Shown: positions 28,908-38,805 of the stretch, piece by piece
Position numbering within the stretch: the first letter of the stretch is position 1
Layout of the letters: every line of letters starts with the position of its first letter
The notes under the pieces: model-generated
What the model was told of the DNA's origin: nothing
The model's database searches: none
What the model saw: only the letters and a program-made list of their open reading frames with translations
Translations under genes and position numbers: made by a program
Assembly: GCA_046331705.1 (NCBI GenBank)
Contig: JAXLQJ010000005.1
Span: 1-64,000, forward strand
Source of the DNA: a bacterium
GTDB taxonomy: Bacteria > JADJOY01
Direction: 5' to 3'
Length of the DNA stretch: 64,000 nt

Positions 28908-29172
28908 ACTCGCCGAAGGGCGAAATCAAACATCATTCTAGAACGGCGAGCGAGCGCCTCGCATGGGCGCGCGTCCGGTAGGCAGCGCCCCAGCGGCCCA
29001 GGAAAAAGCCGTTTCCCGTCAGGTGGTGAGCTCGGCTAACCGTGCTCGACCACGTCGCGACCGCGTTACGATCGCCTGGCGGTCGCCTGTGGAATTCCTG
29101 TGGATGGTTTTCGGGTTCGGCGCCACCCGTCGGCGCATCGCCGAGCCCGCGTCGCCGCTCGCGACCCGACGA

Positions 29173-29640
29173 TCAGCGGCCGTAGCTCCCGCCGATGTGA
29201 TCGTACGGATCGGCGCCGGAGGCGACCACCGCGTCGTATTGGTTCTTGTCGACCAGCTTCTCGAACCCCTCGACGACCGCTTCGAGGAAGTCGCGCGCCG
29301 ACAGGATGCCGATCGGCTTGCCGCCATCGACCACCGCGAGGTGGCGGATCCTCTTGGCCCGGAGCAGATCGACGCACTCGCGCACCGACGCGGTTCGCGC
29401 CACGGCGATCACCGGCGACGACGCGACCTCGCTGACGCGCACCTTGCTCGGATCCGTGCCCGCCGCCACCACGCGCGTCAGCAGATCGCGCTCGGAGAAC
29501 AACCCCGTGGCCGCTCCGCCCGCGACCACGAGCACGGCGCCCACCTTGTTCTGATTCATCAGTCGGGCCGCCGCCGCGACGGTGTCGTCGGGCGAAACCG
29601 TCACCATCTCGGTCTTCATCAGCGATGCAACGATGGCCAT
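29173..29640 (-). CDS. CBS-domain pair protein
   Basis: VTVSPDDTVAAAARLM...VGAVLVV...GLFSERD; IRHLAVVD...IGILSARD; GAGGAGG RBS. Confidence 0.92.
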   Translation of the reverse strand: MAIVASLMKTEMVTVSPDDTVAAAARLMNQNKVGAVLVVAGGAATGLFSERDLLTRVVAAGTDPSKVRVSEVASSPVIAVARTASVRECVDLLRAKRIRHLAVVDGGKPIGILSARDFLEAVVEGFEKLVDKNQYDAVVASGADPYDHIGGSYGR

Positions 29641-29714
29641 GACGCCTCCTCGAAAACGAGACCGCGTCGGCGTGCCGGCGCGCTCGGCTGGTTGCTGACC
29701 CTACGAGTCGGTGC

Positions 29715-31103
<1,389 letters not shown>

Positions 31104-31263
31104 GGCGATCTCCTCTCTCGTCGACGTGCTGTGCGTGGACCTGGAAGCGAAGGCTGGAGCGCCCGCCACGCGTCGTCAACCCCGATCGCTGGGAAGCGCG
31201 GCGCCAACGCTCACCGTCGCGGCACCCGAGGCGTTCGTGCGCCGGGCGTGCGCCGGGCGCGCG

Positions 31264-33936
31264 TCATGCGCCGTGCGAGGCGCCGCCCCACGCGCCCAGC
31301 GCTTCCGCCCGGGCCTGGGTGAGCTCGGCGGCTTCGCGCGCCGCGTCGTCGAAGGCGGCGACGGGGAAGCGCCCGTGCCACGGGCTGAACCGCGCGCCGA
31401 ACGCGGGGAACCGGAAGAAGAGCTTCACCAGCCAGCGGCTGGTGCCGGTGAGCGCGATCGAGTCGTCGAGCTCGCGCAGCGTGTTGCGGTCCCACCCGCC
31501 GAGGAGAGCGGTGAGGAAGAGGATCGCCGGCGTTCCCACGAAGAGCGCCATCAGCACCAGGCCGAAGCTGCGTGCGGGCGTCGGCGTCCACACCGCCAGG
31601 CTGAACGTCCGCACCGCCACTCCCACGATCGCCGCCGCGAGGGTCGGCGCCACCACCGCCTGCCACCACGGCAAGTGGACGCGGATGATCGAGCGATTCA
31701 CCAGCCACCACGAGCTCGAGATCTTCGCCAGGAGAGTCGCGACGAGCGACGCCACGATGATTCCCCAGAGGCCGATTCGCGGCACCAGCACCCACGCCAC
31801 CGCGATCTTCACCAGCTGCTCGGCCGCCACGGTGCCCGTGTAGATGCGCGTGCGTCCCGCCCCCAACGCGATCGAGTCGGGGATGAGCCCGAGGAACTGC
31901 GTCATTCCCCACAGGTGCAGCGCACGCGTGTACTCGGCGGCGCGTTCCCATTGTGGGCCGAGCACTCCCAGGATGAAGAGATCGGAGATCGCGACGAACG
32001 GCGCGCCGTAGCAGAGCGTCGAGAGCGTCGACCAGCGCACCGTCTCGCCGATCGTGTACTGGGTGAGCGCCCGCTTGCCGTGGGCGAACGACTCGGAGAT
32101 CGTCGGCACCAGGGTGTCGATGAAGCGCTGGGTGAAGAGGTAGCCGACCAAGGCGCTCAGCGAAACCTGCAGGACTCCCGACATCTGCGGGTAGTTCGGC
32201 AAGCGGGTCGCGAGCAGGTAGCTCTGCCCGAACATCCCCGCCGCGGCGGCGGCTCCGCCCAGCGCCACGACGATCCCGTAGCCCAGGGCGCTCTTCACCA
32301 CCGCCACGTCGAAATGCGCGAGGAAGAGCACGCGGATCCGAACGCCGAGCCCGCGCAGGAACCCCATACCCACCACGAAGATCAGCACCTCGTTCAGATA
32401 GCCGCCGAGCACCATGCCGAAGGTGGCGCCGGTGGCCTCGCCGAACACGGGGTGGCGAGCGCCCCAGCCGCGCATCGCCAGGACCGCGATGAAGTTGGTG
32501 GGAACCGCCAGCACCATCGCGAGCACACCCATGGTCTGGTGCAGGTCGAAGCGCTGCAGCGCGTTGAAGAGATGCGCGAAGAGCTTCAAGAACCCGGGGT
32601 ACTGGATGATCGCGTGCAGCAAGAACGCCCACGCGAGATAGGCGTACGTGGTCTGCGGCAGCACGCCGGCCGCCACCAACGCCACCGCGCCCACCTGCGC
32701 GATACCGGAAAGCGCCTGCCACCACACGAAGAGCTGCGCGTACATGACGCCGCGTCCCGGATCCGAGACCCGGTACTCGGCGAAGTACTTGACGAAGGCG
32801 TAGCCGGTGCCGAGATCCAGGAAGATCCAGAAGACGCCCATCAAGCCCTGAATGATGTGCCAGGCACCGACGGACTCGGGGAACGGCGAGACGTGGTTGT
32901 AGTTGAACGAGAGCACACCCAGGAATCCGGGCACCAGGAACAAGAGCGACACCGCGAAGAGATAGAGGAAGCCCGCGAGCGGGCGGCGGAAGCCCACGGT
33001 TTCCCACGCGGCGGAGGCCGAAGCGGCGGGTTGCTGTTGCGAGCCATCGCGCCCCGCGTCGCCGGGCGCGGCGCGCGCGAAGAAACGCTGCAAGAGCTCC
33101 GGATGTCGAAGGCTGTGGCGACGAACGAGCACGAAGACGAGCAGGTTCAGCGTGAACATGCCGCCGAAGAGCGCGAGGATCGTGGGGAACTCGCGCGGAT
33201 GCGGAACCGGCGAGCCGGGCCATTCGTGAAAGGCGAGCGGCGTTCCGTGCGCGGCTTCCGCCTCGATCCGGTAGAGCCAGTAGTTGAAATAGGGCCAGCT
33301 CCGGAACGAATAGTTGCTGCCCTTCTCCTCGAGGCGCGCGGCGCGCGCGTCTTGGATGTCGAGCCAGGGCGCCAGGAAGAGCACCTGGCCGGCACCAACG
33401 CGCAGACGTCCGAGCAACACCTCGCCGCCGTCGCTGGTGACGAGTGCTTCGAGCGCATCGACTGGAACCCGAGGCACGGTGCGCTCCCGCACCTGCGGCG
33501 CCGAGCGCCAGGCGATGTCGCTCGGCTCCTTCTCGTGGGCGGCGATGGACACCGTATCGGCGCGATCGACGAGCTCGATCGCCGCCCCGGCAGCCCGCGC
33601 GGTCTCGGCTGCGAGCCCCGGCCCGTGCTCGCGACCCGAGATCACCAGCAGCGTCGCACCCGAGCGCGCGCGGTCGAGCAGGCGAACGAGGTCGTCGCCA
33701 GAGGCCGCGACGTCGTGAAGAATCACCAACGACGCCTCGCGCGAGCCACGCGCCGCACCGATCGCGGACACGCACTCCGGGAAGATCATCCGATCGAGCG
33801 CCAGCCGCGCACACAGGTCCTCGTCGCCGCCGACGTAGAGCGGCGTGATCCCCTCGCCCGCGTGGCTCGGCCACACGAGCGCCACGAGCAGAGCCAGCGC
33901 GGCGACCAGCGATCGAACGATCGCGCTCAATCCCAT
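31264..33936 (-). CDS. MOP-superfamily (oligosaccharide flippase-like) transporter fused to an N-terminal exported alpha/beta domain
   Basis: Signal peptide (SHA-G), about 230-aa soluble domain, a TM segment, then 12 or more TM segments with DLGTGYAFVKYFAEY, LVPTISES, LGPQWERAA, VLVPRIGLWG. Confidence 0.7.
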   Translation of the reverse strand: MGLSAIVRSLVAALALLVALVWPSHAGEGITPLYVGGDEDLCARLALDRMIFPECVSAIGAARGSREASLVILHDVAASGDDLVRLLDRARSGATLLVISGREHGPGLAAETARAAGAAIELVDRADTVSIAAHEKEPSDIAWRSAPQVRERTVPRVPVDALEALVTSDGGEVLLGRLRVGAGQVLFLAPWLDIQDARAARLEEKGSNYSFRSWPYFNYWLYRIEAEAAHGTPLAFHEWPGSPVPHPREFPTILALFGGMFTLNLLVFVLVRRHSLRHPELLQRFFARAAPGDAGRDGSQQQPAASASAAWETVGFRRPLAGFLYLFAVSLLFLVPGFLGVLSFNYNHVSPFPESVGAWHIIQGLMGVFWIFLDLGTGYAFVKYFAEYRVSDPGRGVMYAQLFVWWQALSGIAQVGAVALVAAGVLPQTTYAYLAWAFLLHAIIQYPGFLKLFAHLFNALQRFDLHQTMGVLAMVLAVPTNFIAVLAMRGWGARHPVFGEATGATFGMVLGGYLNEVLIFVVGMGFLRGLGVRIRVLFLAHFDVAVVKSALGYGIVVALGGAAAAAGMFGQSYLLATRLPNYPQMSGVLQVSLSALVGYLFTQRFIDTLVPTISESFAHGKRALTQYTIGETVRWSTLSTLCYGAPFVAISDLFILGVLGPQWERAAEYTRALHLWGMTQFLGLIPDSIALGAGRTRIYTGTVAAEQLVKIAVAWVLVPRIGLWGIIVASLVATLLAKISSSWWLVNRSIIRVHLPWWQAVVAPTLAAAIVGVAVRTFSLAVWTPTPARSFGLVLMALFVGTPAILFLTALLGGWDRNTLRELDDSIALTGTSRWLVKLFFRFPAFGARFSPWHGRFPVAAFDDAAREAAELTQARAEALGAWGGASHGA

Positions 33937-35102
33937 TCACCGAGCAACGCGCGGTCGAGCGGGAACGCGAGCGGCTCACCGCCCCGCCGGTGGCTCACCT
34001 CGATCGCAGTGCAGAGCTCTTGATCGATTCGACCGCCTTCGACCCCGTAGCGCACGTCGCTGCGGCCAGCGCGGATCGCCCGCACCAGCTCCATGAGCGC
34101 ACACGCCACGCCGATGTGATCGTCGTCGAACGGCAGATCGGTGAACGGATTCGACCAGCGAATCTCCGCTCGCCCCCTCGGCTTGGCCACCAGCGCTGCA
34201 AGCGCCCTCACCCCATCACCGAGATCGTTCCATTCCCACTCCACGCGTAGCTCTTCGCGACCCGTGCGATCGGCGTCGAAGCACCAATAGTGCTCGTTCG
34301 CGCCGTATCCGCCGGTGCCGTAGAACTTGAGGGCGCGTTCGCCACGAATCGGCGCGTCGTAGGCGATCGACGTGTAGTGGTAGAGGCTCACGGTGCCCCA
34401 CGCGTGCTCGAGCCAACCCCACCACCAGCGCTCGTCCTCGCGGGCGGGATTGCCGTCCCAGCGCGAGGGGTGCGGCCACACCCGCACGGTCCGTTCCATC
34501 CCACGCACCCGCGTCACCGGGTTCGAGAATCCCGCGAGCATCCGTAGCTGGCTCATCCCGTGGTAGCGGAAGCCCCAGTAGTCGTTCTGGACCGTGAGCA
34601 CGTCGCCGAAGAGACCTTCGCCGACCAGCAGCGTCTTCATCTGCTCCACGGGGAAGAGGACGTTCTGCTCGGCGACCTGAACGGGAATGCCCTTCTCGGC
34701 GACGAGCTGCACGATCGCGTCGCATTCGCGAAGCCGCGACGAGAGCGGGGTCTCGAGGAGCAGCGGGATGCCGAAGTCGAGCGCGCGCAGCGCAGCGACG
34801 CCGTTCATGCCGTAGCTCACGCAAACGATCAAGAGATCCGGGCGCGTCTTCTCGATCAGCTCTTCGATCGAGTCGAAGGCCGCACACTCGTACGGTTCTG
34901 CGACGGCCAGCGCGCGCGCCCTGTGGCGACCAGCCACGCCCACCAACTCGAGCTCGTCGCCGAGGGCGCGGACGATCGGCGCGTAGTAGCCCGCGGCGCG
35001 CCGCCCCGGCCCCCAGATGCCCACCTTGAGCGGCATTGGAGCAGCCGCGCGCCGCTCCCGCCGGTGACGCGCCACTGCCTCACGAAGTTCCATCGCCGTC
35101 AT
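33927..35102 (-). CDS. Gfo/Idh/MocA family NAD(P)-dependent oxidoreductase
   Basis: LKVGIWGPG, FDSIEELIEKTRPDLLIVCV, LLETPL, VQVAEQ, YHGMSQLR; stop overlaps the flippase start by 10 nt. Confidence 0.88.
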   Translation of the reverse strand: MTAMELREAVARHRRERRAAAPMPLKVGIWGPGRRAAGYYAPIVRALGDELELVGVAGRHRARALAVAEPYECAAFDSIEELIEKTRPDLLIVCVSYGMNGVAALRALDFGIPLLLETPLSSRLRECDAIVQLVAEKGIPVQVAEQNVLFPVEQMKTLLVGEGLFGDVLTVQNDYWGFRYHGMSQLRMLAGFSNPVTRVRGMERTVRVWPHPSRWDGNPAREDERWWWGWLEHAWGTVSLYHYTSIAYDAPIRGERALKFYGTGGYGANEHYWCFDADRTGREELRVEWEWNDLGDGVRALAALVAKPRGRAEIRWSNPFTDLPFDDDHIGVACALMELVRAIRAGRSDVRYGVEGGRIDQELCTAIEVSHRRGGEPLAFPLDRALLGEWD

Positions 35103-35174
35103 CCGAGCCCACCCACGCGAGAGGTGCGGCGGACTCTATCAAACGCGACGGCTCGGCGACGGTCACGGAGCGAG

Positions 35175-35209
35175 CGATGGCCCCGGCGAAGCGATCGCCG
35201 GGGCCATCG
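35175..35209. terminator. Perfect 15-bp GC-rich hairpin downstream of amt (no U-tract)
   Basis: CGATGGCCCCGGCGA-AGCGA-TCGCCGGGGCCATCG, about 40 nt after the amt stop. Confidence 0.55.
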
Positions 35210-35251
35210 AGACTGCAGAGAAAGGGGAGAGAGGGCCTGCGTGACGCGCGA

Positions 35252-36745
35252 TCAGTAGTTGTAGCCGACCTCGCCGTGCTCGATGAGATCCAGCCCCTGG
35301 CGCTCGACGTCCGGCTCCGCGCGCAGACCGATGGTCCGCTTGAGCAGCGTGCCGATCACCACGGTGGCGACCACCGACATGACGATCGTCAGGATCATCG
35401 CCTTGAGCTGCTCGAGCCAGAGCGTGTGGCCGACCACGTCCTTCAAGTTGGTCGCCAGGTTCGGGTTGGACTCGATGTTCGCGAAGATGCCGGTCACGAA
35501 CGCGCCGAGCGTCCCACCCACCGCGTGGACGCCGAACGTGTCCAGCGCGTCGTCGTAGCCGAACTTGGCCTTGAGCTTGGTGCACGCGAGGAACGGCACC
35601 ACGCCGGCCAGGATCCCGATCAGCACCGCCGAGCCCGGCTTCACGAAGCCGCACGCCGGCGTGATCACGACCAAGCCCGCCACCGCTCCCGAGCAGAAGC
35701 CCAGAATGCTGGGCTTGCCCTTCTCGACGTACTCGATCATCGCCCACGTGAAGGCCGCCACGGCCGCCGCCAGCGTGGTGGTGGTGAACGCGTTCGCCGC
35801 CACACCGTCCGCCGCGACGGCGCTACCGGCGTTGAAGCCGTACCAACCGACCCACAGCATCCCGGTGCCCACCATGCACAGCACCATGCTGTGCGGCAGC
35901 ATCGATTCCTTGCCCAGGCCGATGCGCTTGCCGAGCATCAGGCAGAGCACCAACGCCGACCAACCCGACGACATGTGCACCACGGTGCCGCCCGCGAAGT
36001 CGATGGCCTTCACTGCGGCCTTCGCGTTCCAGACGCCGTTCATCAACCCGTCGATTCCCCACACCATGTGCGCGAGCGGGAAGTAGACCACCAGCATCCA
36101 CAGCGCCACGAACACCATCACCGCCAGGTACTTCATGCGCTCGGCGATGGCGCCGATGATGAGCGCCGGGGTGATGATGGCGAACATCATCTGGTACATC
36201 GCGAAGACGTTGTGCGACACCCAATACGAATAGTTCGTGTTGGGCGCCGAATCGACGCCCCGCAAGAACAGGTGGGTGAATCCGCCCAGGATCGGCGAGC
36301 CGCTCGCGAACACGAAGCTGTATCCGAACGCCCACCACAGGATCGTCACCAGCCCGGCGATGCCGAAGCATTGCGCCAGCACCGACAGCACGTTCTTGGT
36401 TCGCACCAAGCCGCCATAGAAGAGCGCGAGCCCCGGCAGCGTCATGAAGAGCACCAATGCCGCCGAGGTCATCATCCAGCCGTTGTGACCGGGACCGGAG
36501 CCGCCCACCTTCGACGCGATGCTGGCATCCGCGTCGCCGACCCGCGCGCCGTTGTTCACGTACGCTTCCAAGTCCGCGATCCGCTGCTCGAGGCTCGGGT
36601 CCGCCTTCGTCGCCGCACCTTCCGCGCGGGCCACGCCGCCGAGCGCACTGGCCGCGAGCACGACCGTGAGCAACAGGGTCCACACCGCGCGGGTCCACCC
36701 GCGCGTCGCCTCCTCGCACCCAAACCGAACCATCGTCGCCGCCAT
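35252..36745 (-). CDS. amt: Ammonium transporter (Amt/AmtB)
   Basis: ALVLFMTLPGLALFYGGLVR, FAIITPALIIGAIAER, DFAGGTVVH, LWVGWYGFNAGS, GLVVITPACG, YDDALDTFGVH; N-terminal signal-like extension. Confidence 0.97.
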   Translation of the reverse strand: MAATMVRFGCEEATRGWTRAVWTLLLTVVLAASALGGVARAEGAATKADPSLEQRIADLEAYVNNGARVGDADASIASKVGGSGPGHNGWMMTSAALVLFMTLPGLALFYGGLVRTKNVLSVLAQCFGIAGLVTILWWAFGYSFVFASGSPILGGFTHLFLRGVDSAPNTNYSYWVSHNVFAMYQMMFAIITPALIIGAIAERMKYLAVMVFVALWMLVVYFPLAHMVWGIDGLMNGVWNAKAAVKAIDFAGGTVVHMSSGWSALVLCLMLGKRIGLGKESMLPHSMVLCMVGTGMLWVGWYGFNAGSAVAADGVAANAFTTTTLAAAVAAFTWAMIEYVEKGKPSILGFCSGAVAGLVVITPACGFVKPGSAVLIGILAGVVPFLACTKLKAKFGYDDALDTFGVHAVGGTLGAFVTGIFANIESNPNLATNLKDVVGHTLWLEQLKAMILTIVMSVVATVVIGTLLKRTIGLRAEPDVERQGLDLIEHGEVGYNY

Positions 36746-36837
36746 GAAGTGCCCCTTTCCGATGTGAGAACCGCCTGCCGGTCGGTTTTGCTGACTGACT
36801 GCGGCTCGCCCCCAAGCCGCAACCAGCGGGCCGAAGG

Positions 36838-36852
36838 GCAAGTTCCGTACCA
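36838..36852 (-). promoter_or_regulatory. Sigma-54 (-24/-12) promoter of amt
   Basis: Minus strand TGGTAC-GGAAC-TTGC gives exact GG-N10-GC spacing and matches TGGCAC-N5-TTGC with one mismatch; about 90 nt upstream of the ATG. Confidence 0.85.
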
Positions 36853-36906
36853 CCGCGAATTTCCGAGAATTGCGCCGCATTTCGCGACTTCGTCCCTGGC
36901 GAGGAG

Positions 36907-36941
36907 CGCCCAAGATTTCGGCATTGGCGAAAAAACAGGCA
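36907..36941 (-). promoter_or_regulatory. Tandem putative NtrC-like enhancer sites
   Basis: Minus strand TGCCTGTTTTTTCGCCA and TGCCGAAATCTTGGGCG: two 17-mers with AT-rich cores resembling TGC-N11-GCA, upstream of the sigma-54 site. Confidence 0.5.
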
Positions 36942-37032
36942 GCGCCCCACGAGTCCACCGACGCTGCGCCTTCGCGGACTTGCCAGCGCGCCGGCGGCCG
37001 GGAGAGAGTGCGCCTCGCTCGACCTCGTGCCG

Positions 37033-38199
37033 ATGACCGCCAAGACGATCCCGTTCCACCGCACCTCGCACGGCGACTCCGACGTGGCGGCGGTCCGCGC
37101 CGTGCTCGAGTCGGGGCACACCGGCGGCGGTGGCACCGTGGGTCAGCGCGTCGAGCGCGAGCTCTCGCGGATCCTCGGCAGCACGCAGGCGCTGCTCACC
37201 ACGAGCTGCACGCACGCGATGGAGGCGTGCCTGATGGCGCTCGGGATCGGCGCCGGGCACGAGGTGATCGTGCCGGGCTTCCTCTACGTGTCCCTGGCGG
37301 CGGCCGTGGCGCGGCAGGGGGCGAGGCCGGTGTTCGTGGACATCGAGCCCACGCGTCTCGGCCTCGATCCGGCGCGAGTGGCGGCCGCGATCACCCCACG
37401 CACCCGGGCGATCTTCGCGGTCCACTACGGCGGCATGCCCTGCCGAATCGAGGAGCTGGTGGCGCTCGGCGCGGTACGCGGCATCCCGGTGCTCGAAGAC
37501 GCGGCGCAGGGATTCGGCTCGCTCTCCTCCTCGGGGCGCCCCGTGGGCACGCTCGGACTCGCCGGCTGCATGAGCTTTCACGAGAGCAAGAACGTGAGCT
37601 GCGGCGAGGGCGGCGCGCTCTTCACCGACGACGCAACGCTCGCGAGCGCCGTCGAGACCATTCGCGACAAGGGCACGAACCGCGCCGCTGCGGTGCGCGG
37701 CGAGACGCCGCACTACACCTGGGTGAGCCCGGGCTCGAGCTTCACCCTCGCCGAGGTGCTCGCCGCCGTGCTCGAGGTCCAGCTCGCGGCGCGCGATGCC
37801 ATCGCGCGCGAGCGAGCACGCGTCGCGGCGCGCTACCAGGCTCTGCTCGAGCCGCTCGCCGAGCGGCACGGGCTCACGCTCGCGCCCCACCCCACTGCGG
37901 GAGAGCGCTTCAACCACCACATCGTCCACGTGCTCGTTCCCCGCGGAGTCGATCGAGACGACGTGAGCCGCGGGATGCGCGCCCGCGGCATCCAGGTCGC
38001 CGCGCATTTCCAGACGCTGCACGACTCGCCGTTCATGCGCGCGACCTGGCCGAGCGCGCCCGCGGAGCTGCCGGTCACCGCCGATACCTGCGCGCGCATC
38101 CTGCGCCTGCCGATCTTCCCGGCGCTTGCCGACGCGGACGTCGCCTGGATCGTGGACGCGCTCGACGCGGAGCTGGCGCGTGCCCGCTCCGCACGGTGA
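37033..38199 (+). CDS. wecE: DegT/DnrJ-family sugar aminotransferase, dTDP-4-amino-4,6-dideoxygalactose transaminase-like
   Basis: ALLTTSCTHAMEA, PVFVDIEP, VHYGG, LEDAAQG, SFHESKNVSCGEGG (PLP lysine), DKGTNR, LRLPIFP. Confidence 0.85.
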   Translation: MTAKTIPFHRTSHGDSDVAAVRAVLESGHTGGGGTVGQRVERELSRILGSTQALLTTSCTHAMEACLMALGIGAGHEVIVPGFLYVSLAAAVARQGARPVFVDIEPTRLGLDPARVAAAITPRTRAIFAVHYGGMPCRIEELVALGAVRGIPVLEDAAQGFGSLSSSGRPVGTLGLAGCMSFHESKNVSCGEGGALFTDDATLASAVETIRDKGTNRAAAVRGETPHYTWVSPGSSFTLAEVLAAVLEVQLAARDAIARERARVAARYQALLEPLAERHGLTLAPHPTAGERFNHHIVHVLVPRGVDRDDVSRGMRARGIQVAAHFQTLHDSPFMRATWPSAPAELPVTADTCARILRLPIFPALADADVAWIVDALDAELARARSAR

Positions 38200-38214
38200 G
38201 CCGCGGAGAACGCC

Positions 38215-38568
38215 ATGTCCAGCGAGCGCGGTGGCCCGACCCGCTCGATTCTCACGCTGTGCGTGATCGGCGCGGCGTTGATCACGCTGGGCGGCGTGAA
38301 CCTGTGGATCGGCCGCGACAAGGCCACCGACTACGACGTCAACATCGTCCGGCTGGAACGCGCGGCCGAGGACGCCGACCCCGACACCTCACCGCGCGAC
38401 CTGGAAAATGCTCGCGGCAAGCGCGCGTTCTATCTGGGAGTTCAGCAGGCGGGATGGTGGTTGGTGGCGGGCGGCTTGGCGTTTCTCGGCGTGGGGCTCG
38501 CGGTGGCGTGGATCGAGCAGCGCCCGGCGCGCACGAGCGCCGTCGACGACGCGCGTCGCGAGGGTTGA
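38215..38568 (+). CDS. Hypothetical 2-TM membrane protein
   Basis: GGAG RBS; two hydrophobic segments flanking a short loop; 15 nt after the wecE-like stop. Confidence 0.7.
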   Translation: MSSERGGPTRSILTLCVIGAALITLGGVNLWIGRDKATDYDVNIVRLERAAEDADPDTSPRDLENARGKRAFYLGVQQAGWWLVAGGLAFLGVGLAVAWIEQRPARTSAVDDARREG

Positions 38569-38645
38569 GCGCGGGCTCGCGCGGGCGACCTCGCGGATCG
38601 GGTGGTACGATGACGAGACGCCAAGGGCGCCCCGAGGTGAGCCGA

Positions 38646-38798
38646 ATGTCATCGTCCGCGAGCTCCGCGTCGCCGCCATCGACGCCGCCGCCCACGGCGC
38701 CCGCGCGCGCTCGGATCTTCGACGGTCCCGTGCTCGTGGGTCTCGCGATCTATGGCGCCTGCCTGGCGCTGGTCCTGGTGCTCTATCACTTCCAATGA
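38646..38798 (+). CDS. Small single-TM protein (50 aa)
   Basis: GAGGTG RBS and upstream TGG-TACGAT extended -10; MSSSASS...GPVLVGLAIYGACLALVLVLYHFQ. Confidence 0.5.
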   Translation: MSSSASSASPPSTPPPTAPARARIFDGPVLVGLAIYGACLALVLVLYHFQ

Positions 38799-38805
38799 GC
38801 TGCCC

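Noticed and set aside
29086-29106. Replication origin suggested by two TGTGGA cores
   Set aside because: Only two poor DnaA-box matches, no extended AT-rich unwinding element and no dnaA/dnaN/gidA nearby; kept only as a weak phased-repeat finding.
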